Of a DNA stretch of 64,000 nucleotides, positions 41,035 through 51,248 are shown one piece after another. How positions within the stretch are numbered: position 1 is the first letter of the stretch; every line of letters starts with the position of its first letter. The notes under the pieces were generated by a model. The model was not told the origin of the DNA. It searched no databases and worked only from the letters and a program-made list of their open reading frames with translations. This DNA is from an uncultured Candidatus Saccharibacteria bacterium (GTDB lineage Bacteria; Patescibacteriota; Minisyncoccia; UBA6257; 1-14-0-10-44-23): positions 219,922 to 283,921 of the forward strand of contig CAZJVT010000001.1 in assembly GCA_964549935.1 (NCBI GenBank), given 5' to 3'. The position numbers and the translations under genes were made by a program.

Positions 41035-41745
41035 ATGAGAAATTTAGGCGGCGGTGGTTTAGATGATATCAATCAGGCGGGATTACCGGGTGGTGAGGGC
41101 TCTGATCCAACCCTGGAGGTAAAAGTGCGAGAGATTCTTGAAAGTCTTGAGCATGAAGCCATCGGGAAAGGTTACTTCGCCCTTATTCCCAAGGCTGATC
41201 AGTCTTTTATTGATGGCATAAGTGCCGATCAAAAATCTTATTATCCGGATATGTCTGCCGAGGAGGTGCGCGAAATGATTTCACGTAACTGGCTTGGGCG
41301 AGCGCGTATTTTTGACGCTATCGCAACGGCTCGAGGATTTCGTGCGGTCCAGGAGCTCTCGGATGCTAATCCCGCAGAAGTGGCCGCCCTGACTCGTAGC
41401 GCATCGTATGTTTTTATGGATGAAAAAGTTTTCACTCCTTCGGGCGGCACACTAAATTATTTTAAGATTGCGGGACGCCATTCAAACATTGCTGATGGTA
41501 ATTCCAGCGGCGTGCAGGTTCGCGGGTCCATTGCTATCGGCAGGCGTTTGGAATTGAGTGGTGCTCCGATAAGTAGTACGACAAGTCTTCAGCAATTATT
41601 TATTCGCCACGTCGACAGAACAGGAGGTGGGAAAAGTATTCTTGATGTAAGCGCAGAGGTTCGCGATGGCACGCAGATGATCAATGAACAGACTCTTAGG
41701 AAGGTGTTAGATGCTGCGCGCAAAAATAAGGAATTGCCAGGATAA
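41035..41745 (+). CDS. Hypothetical protein
   Basis: 236-aa ORF with its own terminator. Confidence 0.65.
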   Translation: MRNLGGGGLDDINQAGLPGGEGSDPTLEVKVREILESLEHEAIGKGYFALIPKADQSFIDGISADQKSYYPDMSAEEVREMISRNWLGRARIFDAIATARGFRAVQELSDANPAEVAALTRSASYVFMDEKVFTPSGGTLNYFKIAGRHSNIADGNSSGVQVRGSIAIGRRLELSGAPISSTTSLQQLFIRHVDRTGGGKSILDVSAEVRDGTQMINEQTLRKVLDAARKNKELPG

Positions 41746-41938
41746 CTTAACAAAAGCCGCCGCAAGGCGGCTTTTGTGTTTTTAGCTCTCACGGCTCAAC
41801 GGTACGCCGTTGAGCCGTTGGGGATTGGAAGGCCTATGCTTATTGACTTTTTTGTACTTTAATTCTATAATATTCCGCATTGTCCGCGCAGTGCGGATGA
41901 CGGTTTCGGGCGTAACCCGGACCCCAAGGAGGGGAACG

Positions 41939-42547
41939 ATGAGGCTTTCAACTGATGTTCTGGTGCAGATCGTGCGCCCGCTGGTGGGGTCCAAGGACCT
42001 CGGCATGCGAGGAACCGCGATCGTGCTGGCGATGAACCCGGTGTTGGACGCGGCGCTCGACTTCTTCGGGACCCCGGCGCACAGCGGAGGTCCGGGCGAG
42101 CCGCAGCGCACGGGCTTCTATGTGAGCGTGGGAGATCAACGCAGCGGCGACGTGGTCCACACGGTTCGCTTCGGCGACATGATGGGGCCGGGCTACGACG
42201 GAGAGCGCCGACGCCGCTACGAGCGCAACGCTGCGAACAAGGTCCGGTTCGCCATCGATCGAGACGTCGAGACGAGCTGGGACATCCGGGACGACAAGGC
42301 AGATCCGCCGATCTATCCGGGTAGCGTCCGGATGATCGACTGGCACTTGGCGGTCTCGGGTCTTTCGAGCGGCCACAAGGACCAGGCGGTCGTGCTGGTG
42401 GGAGGAATGTACCTCCACGTCTGCGGGTTCTTCCTCGGTCGCGGCCCTGGAATCGGCCCGACCAAGGCCTTCGGCATCGCAGAACGGACCCAGGATCCAG
42501 AGTTCGAACCGTTCCTCGCGTTCGTCCGCTCGCGCGGGATCTTCTAG
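41939..42547 (+). CDS. Orphan protein, possibly GlcG/HbpS heme-binding-like fold (cassette-like)
   Basis: TTGACT-N17-TATAAT (41843-41871), AGGAGGGG RBS, AANKVRFA..YPGSV..LAVSGL..D pattern, TAG stop. Confidence 0.65.
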   Translation: MRLSTDVLVQIVRPLVGSKDLGMRGTAIVLAMNPVLDAALDFFGTPAHSGGPGEPQRTGFYVSVGDQRSGDVVHTVRFGDMMGPGYDGERRRRYERNAANKVRFAIDRDVETSWDIRDDKADPPIYPGSVRMIDWHLAVSGLSSGHKDQAVVLVGGMYLHVCGFFLGRGPGIGPTKAFGIAERTQDPEFEPFLAFVRSRGIF

Positions 42548-42864
42548 CGGGCACGGGCGCCTGACCGCCCAGTACATATCCAAGCCTTAAGGCGCGGTTC
42601 ATTCCGCGTGCAGCAACCCGGCCCCCGGGACGAAACGACTCGTCAGGGGGTCTTTCGTTTTTTGCCCTTGCTCATCCTTAAAGCACCGCGTCAGGCTTGC
42701 CCGTCTCTGGAGGGCGCTTTTATAATTGAGTAGCAAGGCGCACACCCGGCGCTTGCGAGAACGCAAGCGGTAAGGGTGTTTCCTTGATTTAATTCATTGA
42801 CAATTTTTTGCCGTGGGAGTTGAATGAGGTTGTTGACCCGTGGTGGGTCATGAAGGAGGAGCTC

Positions 42865-43299
42865 ATGGGCTTCTTGAGTAGGCTCAAGGATGCGGGTCTC
42901 GCGCTCGTCGTTGCGCTGATGTCCGTCTTCGTGTTCTGGGTCGTCGTCAGTCTCGTGAGGACGAACGTGCCGATGTCGTACTCAATGGGGATCGGCCTGC
43001 CGGCGGTCTGGCGCGGACTCGATCTGTTCATCGCGCCGATCTGGGTGCTTGCATCGAGCACCTACTACGACGTCGTTCAGCGCTTCGTCGATGACGCCAA
43101 GGCCCGCAACTTCTGGGTCGAGGGGTACATCTGGATCACGCTCGTCTCCGGAGTCGTCGCGCTCGTCTGGGGGCTGCTTCCCGGAGTCGTGATCCTGCTC
43201 GGAGTCGGGCTCGGCCTGACCCTGGTGCATGTCGTCTGGTTCCTGCTGATGTCGGGCTTCGCCCGACTGATGGAAAAGGGGATCCGCGGAATCTCGTAG
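42865..43299 (+). CDS. Multi-TM orphan membrane protein (cassette-like)
   Basis: TTGACA 42797, AAGGAGG RBS, GC-rich codons, TAG stop, hairpin 43303-43338. Confidence 0.7.
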   Translation: MGFLSRLKDAGLALVVALMSVFVFWVVVSLVRTNVPMSYSMGIGLPAVWRGLDLFIAPIWVLASSTYYDVVQRFVDDAKARNFWVEGYIWITLVSGVVALVWGLLPGVVILLGVGLGLTLVHVVWFLLMSGFARLMEKGIRGIS

Positions 43300-43374
43300 C
43301 GTGGGCCGCCGGCGATCATTGGGTCGCTTCGGCGGCCCTCTGATTTTGTAGAAAATAAGAAAGGGCTTGACCCC

Positions 43375-43492
43375 CCCCACGCCAAGAGAGGAGTAAAGTA
43401 TTTTTTGTAAACATTTCTCTATTTGAGACCACCCAAATTATCTGCGCATTATTGCGTGCGGATCAGGAAAATACTCCTCTCTTGGTGTGGGG
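43375..43492. repeat. MITE-like element with CCCCACRCCAAGAGA terminal inverted repeats (second copy ~56742-56846)
   Basis: ccccacgccaagagaggagta ... tactcctctcttggtgtgggg. Confidence 0.75.
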
Positions 43493-43649
43493 CTTGACCG
43501 AAAAACCGACCTCGTGTATACTATCCCAACGGTTAGGTATAGGTCTGCCGGACGCACAGTCCGCCATCGACCTGCAAAAACTAGTGATTCAGTCCTCAAG
43601 AGGAGCTGGCATTAGTCCAGCTTTTTTGTTTACCTAACTCAAACATTCT

Positions 43650-44084
43650 ATGACCCGCTTAGTTGGCACAAAAATGAAGATGACGAGCATGTATAAGGAC
43701 GGACGCCAGTGTGGCGTTACGCCAGTTAAGCTTTCCGAAAAAGCAGACCTCTCTCTCGTTAAGGTTGGAAGCCTCGTCATGGTTTCCGGTATTAGCAAGG
43801 GACACGGTTTTGCAGGAGGTGTGAAGCGTTGGAACTTCCGTGGAGGTCCGGCTACGCACGGTCAAAAGAACCGTCACCGCGCTCCAGGTTCAATTGGTAA
43901 CACGACACCGCAACGCGTTTTGCCTGGTCGTCACATGGCTGGTCACATGGGTATGGAGCGGATTACGAGCCGCAATATCGCTGTCATCGCTATCGACGAG
44001 GAGAAGCGCGTCGTGATGCTCAATGGTTCAGTTCCGGGTATTACCGGTATTAAGATGGAAATCCGAATCGCTGACGCGAAGTAA
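43650..44084 (+). CDS. rplC: 50S ribosomal protein L3 (internally shortened, 144 aa)
   Basis: SKGHGFAGGVKRWNF, HRAPGSIG, MAGHMG, GSVPG. Confidence 0.93.
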   Translation: MTRLVGTKMKMTSMYKDGRQCGVTPVKLSEKADLSLVKVGSLVMVSGISKGHGFAGGVKRWNFRGGPATHGQKNRHRAPGSIGNTTPQRVLPGRHMAGHMGMERITSRNIAVIAIDEEKRVVMLNGSVPGITGIKMEIRIADAK

Positions 44085-44094
44085 TTTTTGATAT

Positions 44095-44712
44095 ATGAAA
44101 GCACCGCTTTACAACATTGCCGGCAAAGAAGTTGGGAACATCGAAATCTCCGACGCTATCTTTGCTCACGAGTGGAACGCTGACTTGGTTCACCAGGCAG
44201 TTTTGGCACAGCAGGCTAACCTCCGTCGCCCATGGGCTCACGCCAAGGGTCGCGGTGAGGTTCGTGGTGGTGGCAAAAAGCCTTGGAAGCAAAAGGGTAC
44301 TGGCCGCGCTCGTCATGGTTCAACTCGCTCTCCGATTTGGAAGGGTGGAGGTGTCAGCCACGGACCGGTTAAGACTCGCGACTTCAGCCAGAAGTTGAAC
44401 AAGAAGATGTACCGCATTGCGCTACACGCTATTTTGAGCAAGAAGTTTGCCGATGGTCAGCTCGTCTTCGTTGATGCAATGGCCGGTACTAAGACTAAAG
44501 AGGTTGCCGCTAACTTGAAGAGCTTCCTGAAGGCCAAGCGCACGATTGCTTCAACCCTGCTCGTTCGTGATCAGAAAAACGCTACGATTCTCCGCGCCGC
44601 TCGCAACATTGCTAAAGTTTCTATCTTGACCGGCGAGAGCCTCAACGTCTACGAGCTTATGAAGGCTAAGCATATTTTAGTCGAGCAGGCTGCCGTAACT
44701 TCAATCAAGTAA
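44095..44712 (+). CDS. rplD: 50S ribosomal protein L4
   Basis: GGGKKPWKQKGTGRARHGS. Confidence 0.97.
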   Translation: MKAPLYNIAGKEVGNIEISDAIFAHEWNADLVHQAVLAQQANLRRPWAHAKGRGEVRGGGKKPWKQKGTGRARHGSTRSPIWKGGGVSHGPVKTRDFSQKLNKKMYRIALHAILSKKFADGQLVFVDAMAGTKTKEVAANLKSFLKAKRTIASTLLVRDQKNATILRAARNIAKVSILTGESLNVYELMKAKHILVEQAAVTSIK

Positions 44713-44716
44713 ACAT

Positions 44717-44998
44717 ATGGCTGATAAGACACTCATTCGACACCCGCACATCACCGAGAAGTCCTCGATGCTCGCCGAAAACGGCCAGTACGTGTTTGTG
44801 GTTGATGGAGCTGCTACCGCTCCGGAGGTTAAGAAGGCGATTGTCGCTACCTACAAAGTGAAGGTTGCCTCAGTCCACATGATCAACACCAAGAGCAAAG
44901 AGAAGCGCATGGGCCGCTCGATTGGTATCAAGCCGGGTTTCCGTAAGGCGATTGTTACTTTGAAAAAGGGCGAGAAGTTAGACATTCTCACTGCTTAA
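44717..44998 (+). CDS. rplW: 50S ribosomal protein L23
   Basis: PHITEKS, RKAIVTL; synteny. Confidence 0.95.
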   Translation: MADKTLIRHPHITEKSSMLAENGQYVFVVDGAATAPEVKKAIVATYKVKVASVHMINTKSKEKRMGRSIGIKPGFRKAIVTLKKGEKLDILTA

Positions 44999-45002
44999 TT
45001 TT

Positions 45003-45839
45003 ATGAAGCTCTATAAACCAACAAGCGCCGGTATCCGTCAGCGCGCAATCGTCGAATACAAGAAGCTTCTTTCTGGTGAATCCGGACCGAAGAAGTCTTT
45101 GACGATGAAGCTTCAGGACAATGCTGGCCGTAACCACCGCGGTGTTATCACGACTCGTCACCAGGGTGGCGGTGTGAAGAAGGTCTACCGTATGGTTGAC
45201 TTCATGATGAACAAAACCAACGTTCCGGGCACGATCACCACGATTGAGTACGATCCGTACCGCAGTGCGTTTATCTCGCTCGTTGTCTACAAGGACGGTG
45301 ATCAGCGCTACGTTGTCACTCCGCAGAACGTGAAGGTTGGCGACGAAATCGTTACCGCTCCGAACGCTCCGGTTAAAGTTGGCAACCGCTTGCAGCTTAA
45401 GAACATCCCGATTGGTTACCAGGTTTTTGCTGTTGAGATGCGCCCAGGAGGTGGTGCGAAGATTGCCCGCTCAGCCGGAGGCTACGTCGAAGTACTTGGT
45501 ACCGACGCCGGTCTTACTGACTTGCGCATGGCTTCAAAAGAAGTCCGCCGCGTTCCTTCAGAGTGCTACGCTACTATCGGTGCCGCTTCAAACCCGGACT
45601 ACTCGCTCATCAACCTTTCTAAGGCTGGCCGCAGCCGCTGGCTCGGTATTCGTCCGACTGTCCGTGGTAGCGCTATGAACCCGGTTGACCACCCATACGG
45701 TGGTGGTGAAGGTGCGCAGCCGCGTGGTACTAAGCGTCCGAAGACTATGTGGGGTAAGGTTGTCGGAGGTCACAAGACTCGTAAGCCGAAGAAGTGGTCG
45801 ACCACTCGTATTTTGCAGCGCCGTCCTAAAGTTCGTTAA
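45003..45839 (+). CDS. rplB: 50S ribosomal protein L2
   Basis: [28 protein letters not shown]. Confidence 0.98.
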   Translation: MKLYKPTSAGIRQRAIVEYKKLLSGESGPKKSLTMKLQDNAGRNHRGVITTRHQGGGVKKVYRMVDFMMNKTNVPGTITTIEYDPYRSAFISLVVYKDGDQRYVVTPQNVKVGDEIVTAPNAPVKVGNRLQLKNIPIGYQVFAVEMRPGGGAKIARSAGGYVEVLGTDAGLTDLRMASKEVRRVPSECYATIGAASNPDYSLINLSKAGRSRWLGIRPTVRGSAMNPVDHPYGGGEGAQPRGTKRPKTMWGKVVGGHKTRKPKKWSTTRILQRRPKVR

Positions 45840-45847
45840 ACAAAAAT

Positions 45848-46195
45848 ATGTCACGCTCAAGTAAAAAAGGCCCATACGTTGATCCGAAGCTCCTCAAGAA
45901 GGTGAGTGTCTTAAAGCAGGGCGACCGCAAGGTTATCAAGACCTGGGCTCGCGCTTCGACTATCGCTCCGGAGTTTGTCGGCTTCACCTTTGGCGTGCAC
46001 AACGGCCGCAAGCACATTGAAGTTATCGTGAAAGAAGAGATGGTTGGTCACCGCTTGGGTGAGTTCGCTCCTACTCGTATGTTCGTTAAACACGGTGGTA
46101 AGCTCACGAAGCAGCTTGAGGCTGCAGCGTCAGCGACCGAAGCCGCTAAGAAAGCCGCCAGCCAGGCCGCACCGGCAGCTGGAGCTAAGAAATAA
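45848..46195 (+). CDS. rpsS: 30S ribosomal protein S19
   Basis: [20 protein letters not shown]. Confidence 0.97.
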   Translation: MSRSSKKGPYVDPKLLKKVSVLKQGDRKVIKTWARASTIAPEFVGFTFGVHNGRKHIEVIVKEEMVGHRLGEFAPTRMFVKHGGKLTKQLEAAASATEAAKKAASQAAPAAGAKK

Positions 46196-46200
46196 TGCAT

Positions 46201-46764
46201 ATGGCACACGTTGAAAAAGTACAACTGAATTATCTGATGATTGCGCCGCGTAAGGTCCGGTTGATTGGCAACACCTTAAAGGGTATGCCGGTCGCTGAAG
46301 CCCAGGCTCAATTGATGCTCCGCCCGCAGCGCGTTGCTGAAGCGCTCTTGCGCCTCTTAAACAGCGCCGTTAGTAACGCCAAGCACAACAAGCAGATTGA
46401 TGCCAAGAACCTCCGCGTTGTCCGCGTGATGGTTGACCCGGCTCCGGTACTTAAGCGTTCATTGCCGCGTGCTCAGGGCCGTGCCACTTCGATTTTTAAG
46501 CGTATGAGCCACGTCACCCTCGTTATCGAAGAGTTCGTCAACAACAAGGCTATCCGTTTTGTTACTGGAGTTGCTAAGAAAGAAAAGAACGACAAGCCAA
46601 AGGCTAAGCCGACTCGTAACGCTACTAAAGAGGAGAAGAAGAAAGACATCGAGCACACCAAGCCGGAGAAGAAGCTTATCGATGAGAAGGAGAAGGACGC
46701 CGAGAGCCGCAAGTCAAACACGCGTGGTTCAGTGAAGCGCTTATTTAACCGTAAAGCCATCTAA
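46201..46764 (+). CDS. rplV: 50S ribosomal protein L22 with Lys-rich C-terminal extension
   Basis: APRKVRL, PRAQGRA, SHVTL. Confidence 0.95.
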   Translation: MAHVEKVQLNYLMIAPRKVRLIGNTLKGMPVAEAQAQLMLRPQRVAEALLRLLNSAVSNAKHNKQIDAKNLRVVRVMVDPAPVLKRSLPRAQGRATSIFKRMSHVTLVIEEFVNNKAIRFVTGVAKKEKNDKPKAKPTRNATKEEKKKDIEHTKPEKKLIDEKEKDAESRKSNTRGSVKRLFNRKAI

Positions 46765-46805
46765 AGGTTGAATCTTCTATTAATTTACTATAAAATCCAC
46801 ACACT

Positions 46806-47501
46806 ATGGGACAGAAGATTCGACCAGATTCATTCCGCCTCGGTATCACGCGCGATTGGAACGCCCGTTGGTACGCCGGCAAGTCATTCGCTGCTAAATT
46901 GCAGGAGGACGTTGTCATTCGCCGCGTCATCAATGAGAAGATCAAATTGGCCGGTATTGTCAGCATTACGATTGAGCGCAGTGCCAACAATGCTTACCGC
47001 GTTACCGTCAAAGCCGCAAAGCCGGGTCTCGTCATCGGTCGTGGTGGTACCGGTATCGAAGACTTGAGCAAGGCTATCAACTCCGAGCTCGCAGCTTTGG
47101 CCCGCAAGCGTGGCGCGAAGCACCCGAAGGTTCAGCTTTCGGTTACTATCGAAGAGTTGAAGCGCAGTGATATCTCTTCAATGTTCGTCGCACAGAGTTT
47201 GGCGTGGGAGCTTGAAAAGCGTATGCCGTTCCGCCGTGCTATGAAGAAGGCGATTGAATCAGCTCTCATGAACCGCGATGTTAAGGGTATCAAAGTAAAG
47301 ATGAGTGGCCGTTTGGACGGCAACGAAATCGCCCGCAACGAGTTCTTGGCGAAGGGGACTTTGCCGCTTACGACGCTCCGTGCCGATATTGATTACGGAA
47401 CCGCGACTGCTTTTTGTACCTACGGTGCAATCGGTATCAAGGTTTGGATTTACAAAGGCATGATTTTCAACAAGGCCGCCAAAAAGCCGGAAGCTAAATA
47501 A
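46806..47501 (+). CDS. rpsC: 30S ribosomal protein S3
   Basis: [24 protein letters not shown]. Confidence 0.97.
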   Translation: MGQKIRPDSFRLGITRDWNARWYAGKSFAAKLQEDVVIRRVINEKIKLAGIVSITIERSANNAYRVTVKAAKPGLVIGRGGTGIEDLSKAINSELAALARKRGAKHPKVQLSVTIEELKRSDISSMFVAQSLAWELEKRMPFRRAMKKAIESALMNRDVKGIKVKMSGRLDGNEIARNEFLAKGTLPLTTLRADIDYGTATAFCTYGAIGIKVWIYKGMIFNKAAKKPEAK

Positions 47502-47509
47502 ACACGAGT

Positions 47510-47929
47510 ATGTTAATTCCTAAAAAAGTAAAACATCGTAAGTGGATGAAGGGCCGCCGCAAGAACCGCAACATCGAGGTTCGTGGTGCCTCTCTCGCAT
47601 ACGGCTCATACGGCTTAAAGGCTATGTCCTCGGCGTGGATCAACTCCCGTCAGATTGAGGCCGCTCGTCGCACTATCACCAACTCGGTGAAGCGCGCCGG
47701 TAAAGTGTTTATTCGCATCTTCCCGGACAAGCCGATTACCGAGCGTCCGCCGGAGGTCACCATGGGTGGTGGTAAGGGTTCAGTTGATCACTACGTGTTT
47801 CCGGTTCGCCCAGGACGAATCATGTTCGAAATGGACGGTGTGACCGAAGCGCAGGCTCGTGCCGCTCTCCGTTTGGCCGGTTTCAAGTTGCCGGTTCGCA
47901 GTCGCTTTGTTAAGAAAGAAGACCAGTAA
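47510..47929 (+). CDS. rplP: 50S ribosomal protein L16
   Basis: [21 protein letters not shown]. Confidence 0.97.
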   Translation: MLIPKKVKHRKWMKGRRKNRNIEVRGASLAYGSYGLKAMSSAWINSRQIEAARRTITNSVKRAGKVFIRIFPDKPITERPPEVTMGGGKGSVDHYVFPVRPGRIMFEMDGVTEAQARAALRLAGFKLPVRSRFVKKEDQ

Positions 47930-48026
47930 TCACTAACATACGAACACGCTAAACATACGAACAAAGAATTCTAATCTTGCTATCCCATTAGTATGATTCG
48001 TGAGTTAGTATGTTCGTGAACACTCC

Positions 48027-48239
48027 ATGAAAAAGAACGATATCTCAAAATTGAAGAACCGCTCAGAGGCCGAACTCCGCAAGGAGGCGGTTGAGGCTAA
48101 GGAAAAGCTCTGGGAAATCCGCCGCGAAATCGCCGGTGGTAAAATCAAGAACGTCAAAGCCCGTAATGCCCTTAGAAAGGACGTCGCCCGCTTGCTGACG
48201 ATTGCCAATGAAAAGGCCTTGCAAACTAAAGCAAAATAG
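48027..48239 (+). CDS. rpmC: 50S ribosomal protein L29
   Basis: LRKDVARLLT; synteny. Confidence 0.92.
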   Translation: MKKNDISKLKNRSEAELRKEAVEAKEKLWEIRREIAGGKIKNVKARNALRKDVARLLTIANEKALQTKAK

Positions 48240-48260
48240 TATAAACTAGGTCACTCACGT

Positions 48261-48518
48261 ATGAAGCGCCAATTAAACGGAACAGTCGTGTCCGACAAAA
48301 TGATGAAGACCGCGGTCGTCGCGGTGTCATACCAAAAGAAGCACCCGAAGTACCTTAAGTACTACACGGTGACTCGCCGTTTTAAAGCTCACAACGAAAA
48401 CAACGAATACAAGACGGGTGACCAGGTTGTTATCGAAGAGACCCGCCCACTTTCCAAAGATAAACACTTTATAATTGTCGCCATGATTAAGAAGGCGGCA
48501 ATGACAGGGGTTGAATAA
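48261..48518 (+). CDS. rpsQ: 30S ribosomal protein S17
   Basis: GTVVSDKMMKT, ETRPLSK. Confidence 0.96.
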   Translation: MKRQLNGTVVSDKMMKTAVVAVSYQKKHPKYLKYYTVTRRFKAHNENNEYKTGDQVVIEETRPLSKDKHFIIVAMIKKAAMTGVE

Positions 48519-48557
48519 ATCACTGATCATTCGTAAACAAGATAAGAAAACAAAGAT

Positions 48558-48926
48558 ATGTTGCAGATTCGATCAGTAGTAAAAGTAGCAGACAACACCG
48601 GAGCTAAGCTCATCCGTGTCTTCACGGTGTACGGTGGTAGCCGCAAGCGTTATGCCCGCCTTGGTGAGGTTGTTAATGCTTCGGTTCAGTCCGCTGAGCC
48701 GCGTAAGGCTATTAAGAAGAAAGATATCGTTAAGTGCGTCGTCGTTCGTACGGCCGCGCCGATTCGCCGTGCCGATGGTACTGTTATCCGCTTTGACGAA
48801 AACGCCGTTGTCATCATTGACGACAAAAAGGCTCCGAAGGGAACCCGCGTTTTCGGTCCTATTCCTCGCGAAATCAAGGAGATGGGATATGAAGCAATTT
48901 TCACTATGGCTGAAGAAGTTGTGTAG
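48558..48926 (+). CDS. rplN: 50S ribosomal protein L14
   Basis: VADNTGAK, FDENAVV, GTRVFGP. Confidence 0.97.
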   Translation: MLQIRSVVKVADNTGAKLIRVFTVYGGSRKRYARLGEVVNASVQSAEPRKAIKKKDIVKCVVVRTAAPIRRADGTVIRFDENAVVIIDDKKAPKGTRVFGPIPREIKEMGYEAIFTMAEEVV

Positions 48927-48968
48927 TGTTCACGAACACACGAACTCACGAATCACACGAATAAAACT

Positions 48969-49190
48969 ATGAAAATGAGCATCAAAAAAGGCGATACCGC
49001 CGTTATACGCAAAGGAAAGGACGCAGGTAAGAGCGGTAAAGTGCTCCGCGTTTTCCCGAAGGCCAACAAAGTTCTCGTTGAGGGTATTAACATGGTCAAG
49101 AAGCACAAGAAGCCGACCAAAGACGGCGAGAAGGGTCAGACCGTCAGCATTGCCCGTCCGATTGATCGCTCTAACGTTTCTGTTAAATAA
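48969..49190 (+). CDS. rplX: 50S ribosomal protein L24 (short)
   Basis: IKKGD..GKDAGKSGKV KOW motif, VEGIN. Confidence 0.93.
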   Translation: MKMSIKKGDTAVIRKGKDAGKSGKVLRVFPKANKVLVEGINMVKKHKKPTKDGEKGQTVSIARPIDRSNVSVK

Positions 49191-49195
49191 CGTCT

Positions 49196-49714
49196 ATGTC
49201 TAAAATTGTAAACACAATTGAAAAGGTAGTCGTTAACACCAGCTTCGGTAAGCTTTCGACTAACACTCCGGACTTTGACGGTAAGGTTCTTCCGACTATC
49301 GAAGAGCAGTTCTCAGCTATCGTTGGCCAAAAGGGTCAGCGCCGCCCGGCTCGTATTTCGATCTCCGGTTTCAAGCTCCGCTCCGGCATTATCATCGCCC
49401 TTAAGGCGACCCTTCGCGGTGCCCGTGCCCGTCAGTTTGTTTCGCGTACGGTCAACATCGTTATGCCGCGTGTCCGTGACTTCCACGGTATTAAGACCTC
49501 CGGTATCGACCGCGACGGCAACCTTACGTTTGGTATTAAGGAGCACGCCGTTTACCCGGAAATCGTTCTTGAAAAAGTTAAGTTCCCGTTTGGTATGGAG
49601 GTTACTATCGTTCCGAAGGCCCCGATGAAGCGTGAGGCAGCCCTCGCGTTTTATAAGGAGCTCGGTATTCCATTTGAAAAAACGGTCGCAACGACTAAAA
49701 AAGGAAACAAATAA
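49196..49714 (+). CDS. rplE: 50S ribosomal protein L5
   Basis: IEKVVVN, GFKLR, PRVRDFHG. Confidence 0.95.
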   Translation: MSKIVNTIEKVVVNTSFGKLSTNTPDFDGKVLPTIEEQFSAIVGQKGQRRPARISISGFKLRSGIIIALKATLRGARARQFVSRTVNIVMPRVRDFHGIKTSGIDRDGNLTFGIKEHAVYPEIVLEKVKFPFGMEVTIVPKAPMKREAALAFYKELGIPFEKTVATTKKGNK

Positions 49715-49717
49715 GGT

Positions 49718-49903
49718 ATGGCTAAAAAATCCATCATTGCCCGAGCAAATAAGAAGCCGAAGTTTAGCAGCCGCACTGTCCGCCGCTGTTTCCGCTGCGG
49801 CCGTAAGCATGGTTACATGCGCTTGTTTGGTATTTGCCGTATCTGTTTCCGCGAGATGGCCGGTCGCGGCGAAATCCCAGGTGTTAAGAAAGCTTCTTGG
49901 TAA
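49718..49903 (+). CDS. rpsN: 30S ribosomal protein S14, zinc-binding type Z
   Basis: RCFRCGR...[15 protein letters not shown]. Confidence 0.96.
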   Translation: MAKKSIIARANKKPKFSSRTVRRCFRCGRKHGYMRLFGICRICFREMAGRGEIPGVKKASW

Positions 49904-49907
49904 ATTT

Positions 49908-50288
49908 ATGTACATTGATCTACTTACAAAACTGAAGAACGCCCAGAAGGCGAAGAAGGCCAGCATTAAGATGGCGTACTCCAACATGGACTTTGCCGTC
50001 GCCGAACTTTTGGCAGCCCGTGGTTTGGTTGCTTCAGTAACGAAGAAGGGCCGTATGCCGAAGCGCGTTATGGAGGTTGAGCTTAAATATGAAAACGGTG
50101 TCGGTGGTATTGGCGGCATGAAGCTTCTCTCTGTACCGAGCCGCCGCTTGTATGTCGGTTACGACAAGCTCCGCACAGTCCGCCAGGGTTTCGGTCTTTC
50201 TGTGATTTCAACGCCGAAGGGTATTATGACTTCGTCACAAGCCCGTAAAGAAAAGGTCGGAGGCCAATTGTTATTTGAAATCTGGTAA
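49908..50288 (+). CDS. rpsH: 30S ribosomal protein S8
   Basis: DLLTKLKNA, ISTPKGIMT, VGG; start at ATG 49908. Confidence 0.95.
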   Translation: MYIDLLTKLKNAQKAKKASIKMAYSNMDFAVAELLAARGLVASVTKKGRMPKRVMEVELKYENGVGGIGGMKLLSVPSRRLYVGYDKLRTVRQGFGLSVISTPKGIMTSSQARKEKVGGQLLFEIW

Positions 50289-50295
50289 AAAATAT

Positions 50296-50838
50296 ATGTC
50301 AAAGATCGGTAAAAAACCAATTGTGCTTCCGGAGGGCGTAACTGCTACTATTGACGCTAAAGAAGTCACCGTAAAAGGTAAGGGCGGAACGCTCGTTGTC
50401 CCTGTTCTTCCGCATGTCACCGCCGCCATCGAAGGTTCGACTATCACTCTCACGATTGATTCGACCGTCGTTCAGGCTCGCGCTAACTGGGGAACTATGG
50501 GTGCCCACGTCCGCAACGCTATCGCCGGTGTCACCACGGGATTCGAAAAGAAGCTCGACGTGCAGGGTATCGGTTATAAGGCTGCGATGGAAGGACCTTT
50601 GCTCGTTTTGAGCCTTGGTTTCTCGCACCCGGTTAAGTACAAGGCCCCGGCCGGTATCAAATTGACCCTCGAGAAGAGCTTCATCACTGTTTCCGGTATC
50701 GACCGTCAGCTCGTTGGTCAGACCGCCGCTCAAATCCGCAAGTTCAAAAAGCCGGAGCCGTACCAGGGTAAGGGTATCCGTTATGTTGGTGAACAGGTCC
50801 GCCGTAAGGAAGGTAAGAAGGTCGCCGGAGCCGCGTAA
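50296..50838 (+). CDS. rplF: 50S ribosomal protein L6
   Basis: [27 protein letters not shown]. Confidence 0.97.
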   Translation: MSKIGKKPIVLPEGVTATIDAKEVTVKGKGGTLVVPVLPHVTAAIEGSTITLTIDSTVVQARANWGTMGAHVRNAIAGVTTGFEKKLDVQGIGYKAAMEGPLLVLSLGFSHPVKYKAPAGIKLTLEKSFITVSGIDRQLVGQTAAQIRKFKKPEPYQGKGIRYVGEQVRRKEGKKVAGAA

Positions 50839-50852
50839 AATCAAAGAACTAT

Positions 50853-51221
50853 ATGAATCGAGCTATCAAGAAAAATTTGACCCGTGCCCGCCGCCGCCAC
50901 AGTATCCGTGGTCACTTAAAGCAGGTTACTACCCACCCGCGCCTTTCAGTGTTTCGCAGCAACGTGAACATGTATGTTCAGGTTATTGACGACAACGCCG
51001 GCAAGACTTTGGCTTCAGCCAGACTCTCAGAAATCAAAGCCACTAAAGTTAAGCAGCCGGAGGCTCAGATTGAGAGAGCGCAGGCTCTTGGTAAGTTGAT
51101 CGCAGAGCGCGCTATCAAAGCCGGTGTTAATGCAGTTGTGTTTGATCGTGGAAATTATGCGTATCACGGTCGAGTGAAGGCGATTGCCGCCGGCGCACGT
51201 GGGGGGGGTCTCAAGTTCTAG
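50853..51221 (+). CDS. rplR: 50S ribosomal protein L18
   Basis: [19 protein letters not shown]. Confidence 0.96.
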   Translation: MNRAIKKNLTRARRRHSIRGHLKQVTTHPRLSVFRSNVNMYVQVIDDNAGKTLASARLSEIKATKVKQPEAQIERAQALGKLIAERAIKAGVNAVVFDRGNYAYHGRVKAIAAGARGGGLKF

Positions 51222-51248
51222 AAAACGATAAACAAGAAACAAAAAACA

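Noticed and set aside
41865-42602. Long antisense or alternate-frame ORFs over GC-rich genes (also 34848-35444, 54075-54671, 60280-60849) and over typA and r-protein genes
   Set aside because: Shadow ORFs expected from stop-poor GC-rich or highly biased sequence. They lack RBS support and recognisable motifs.
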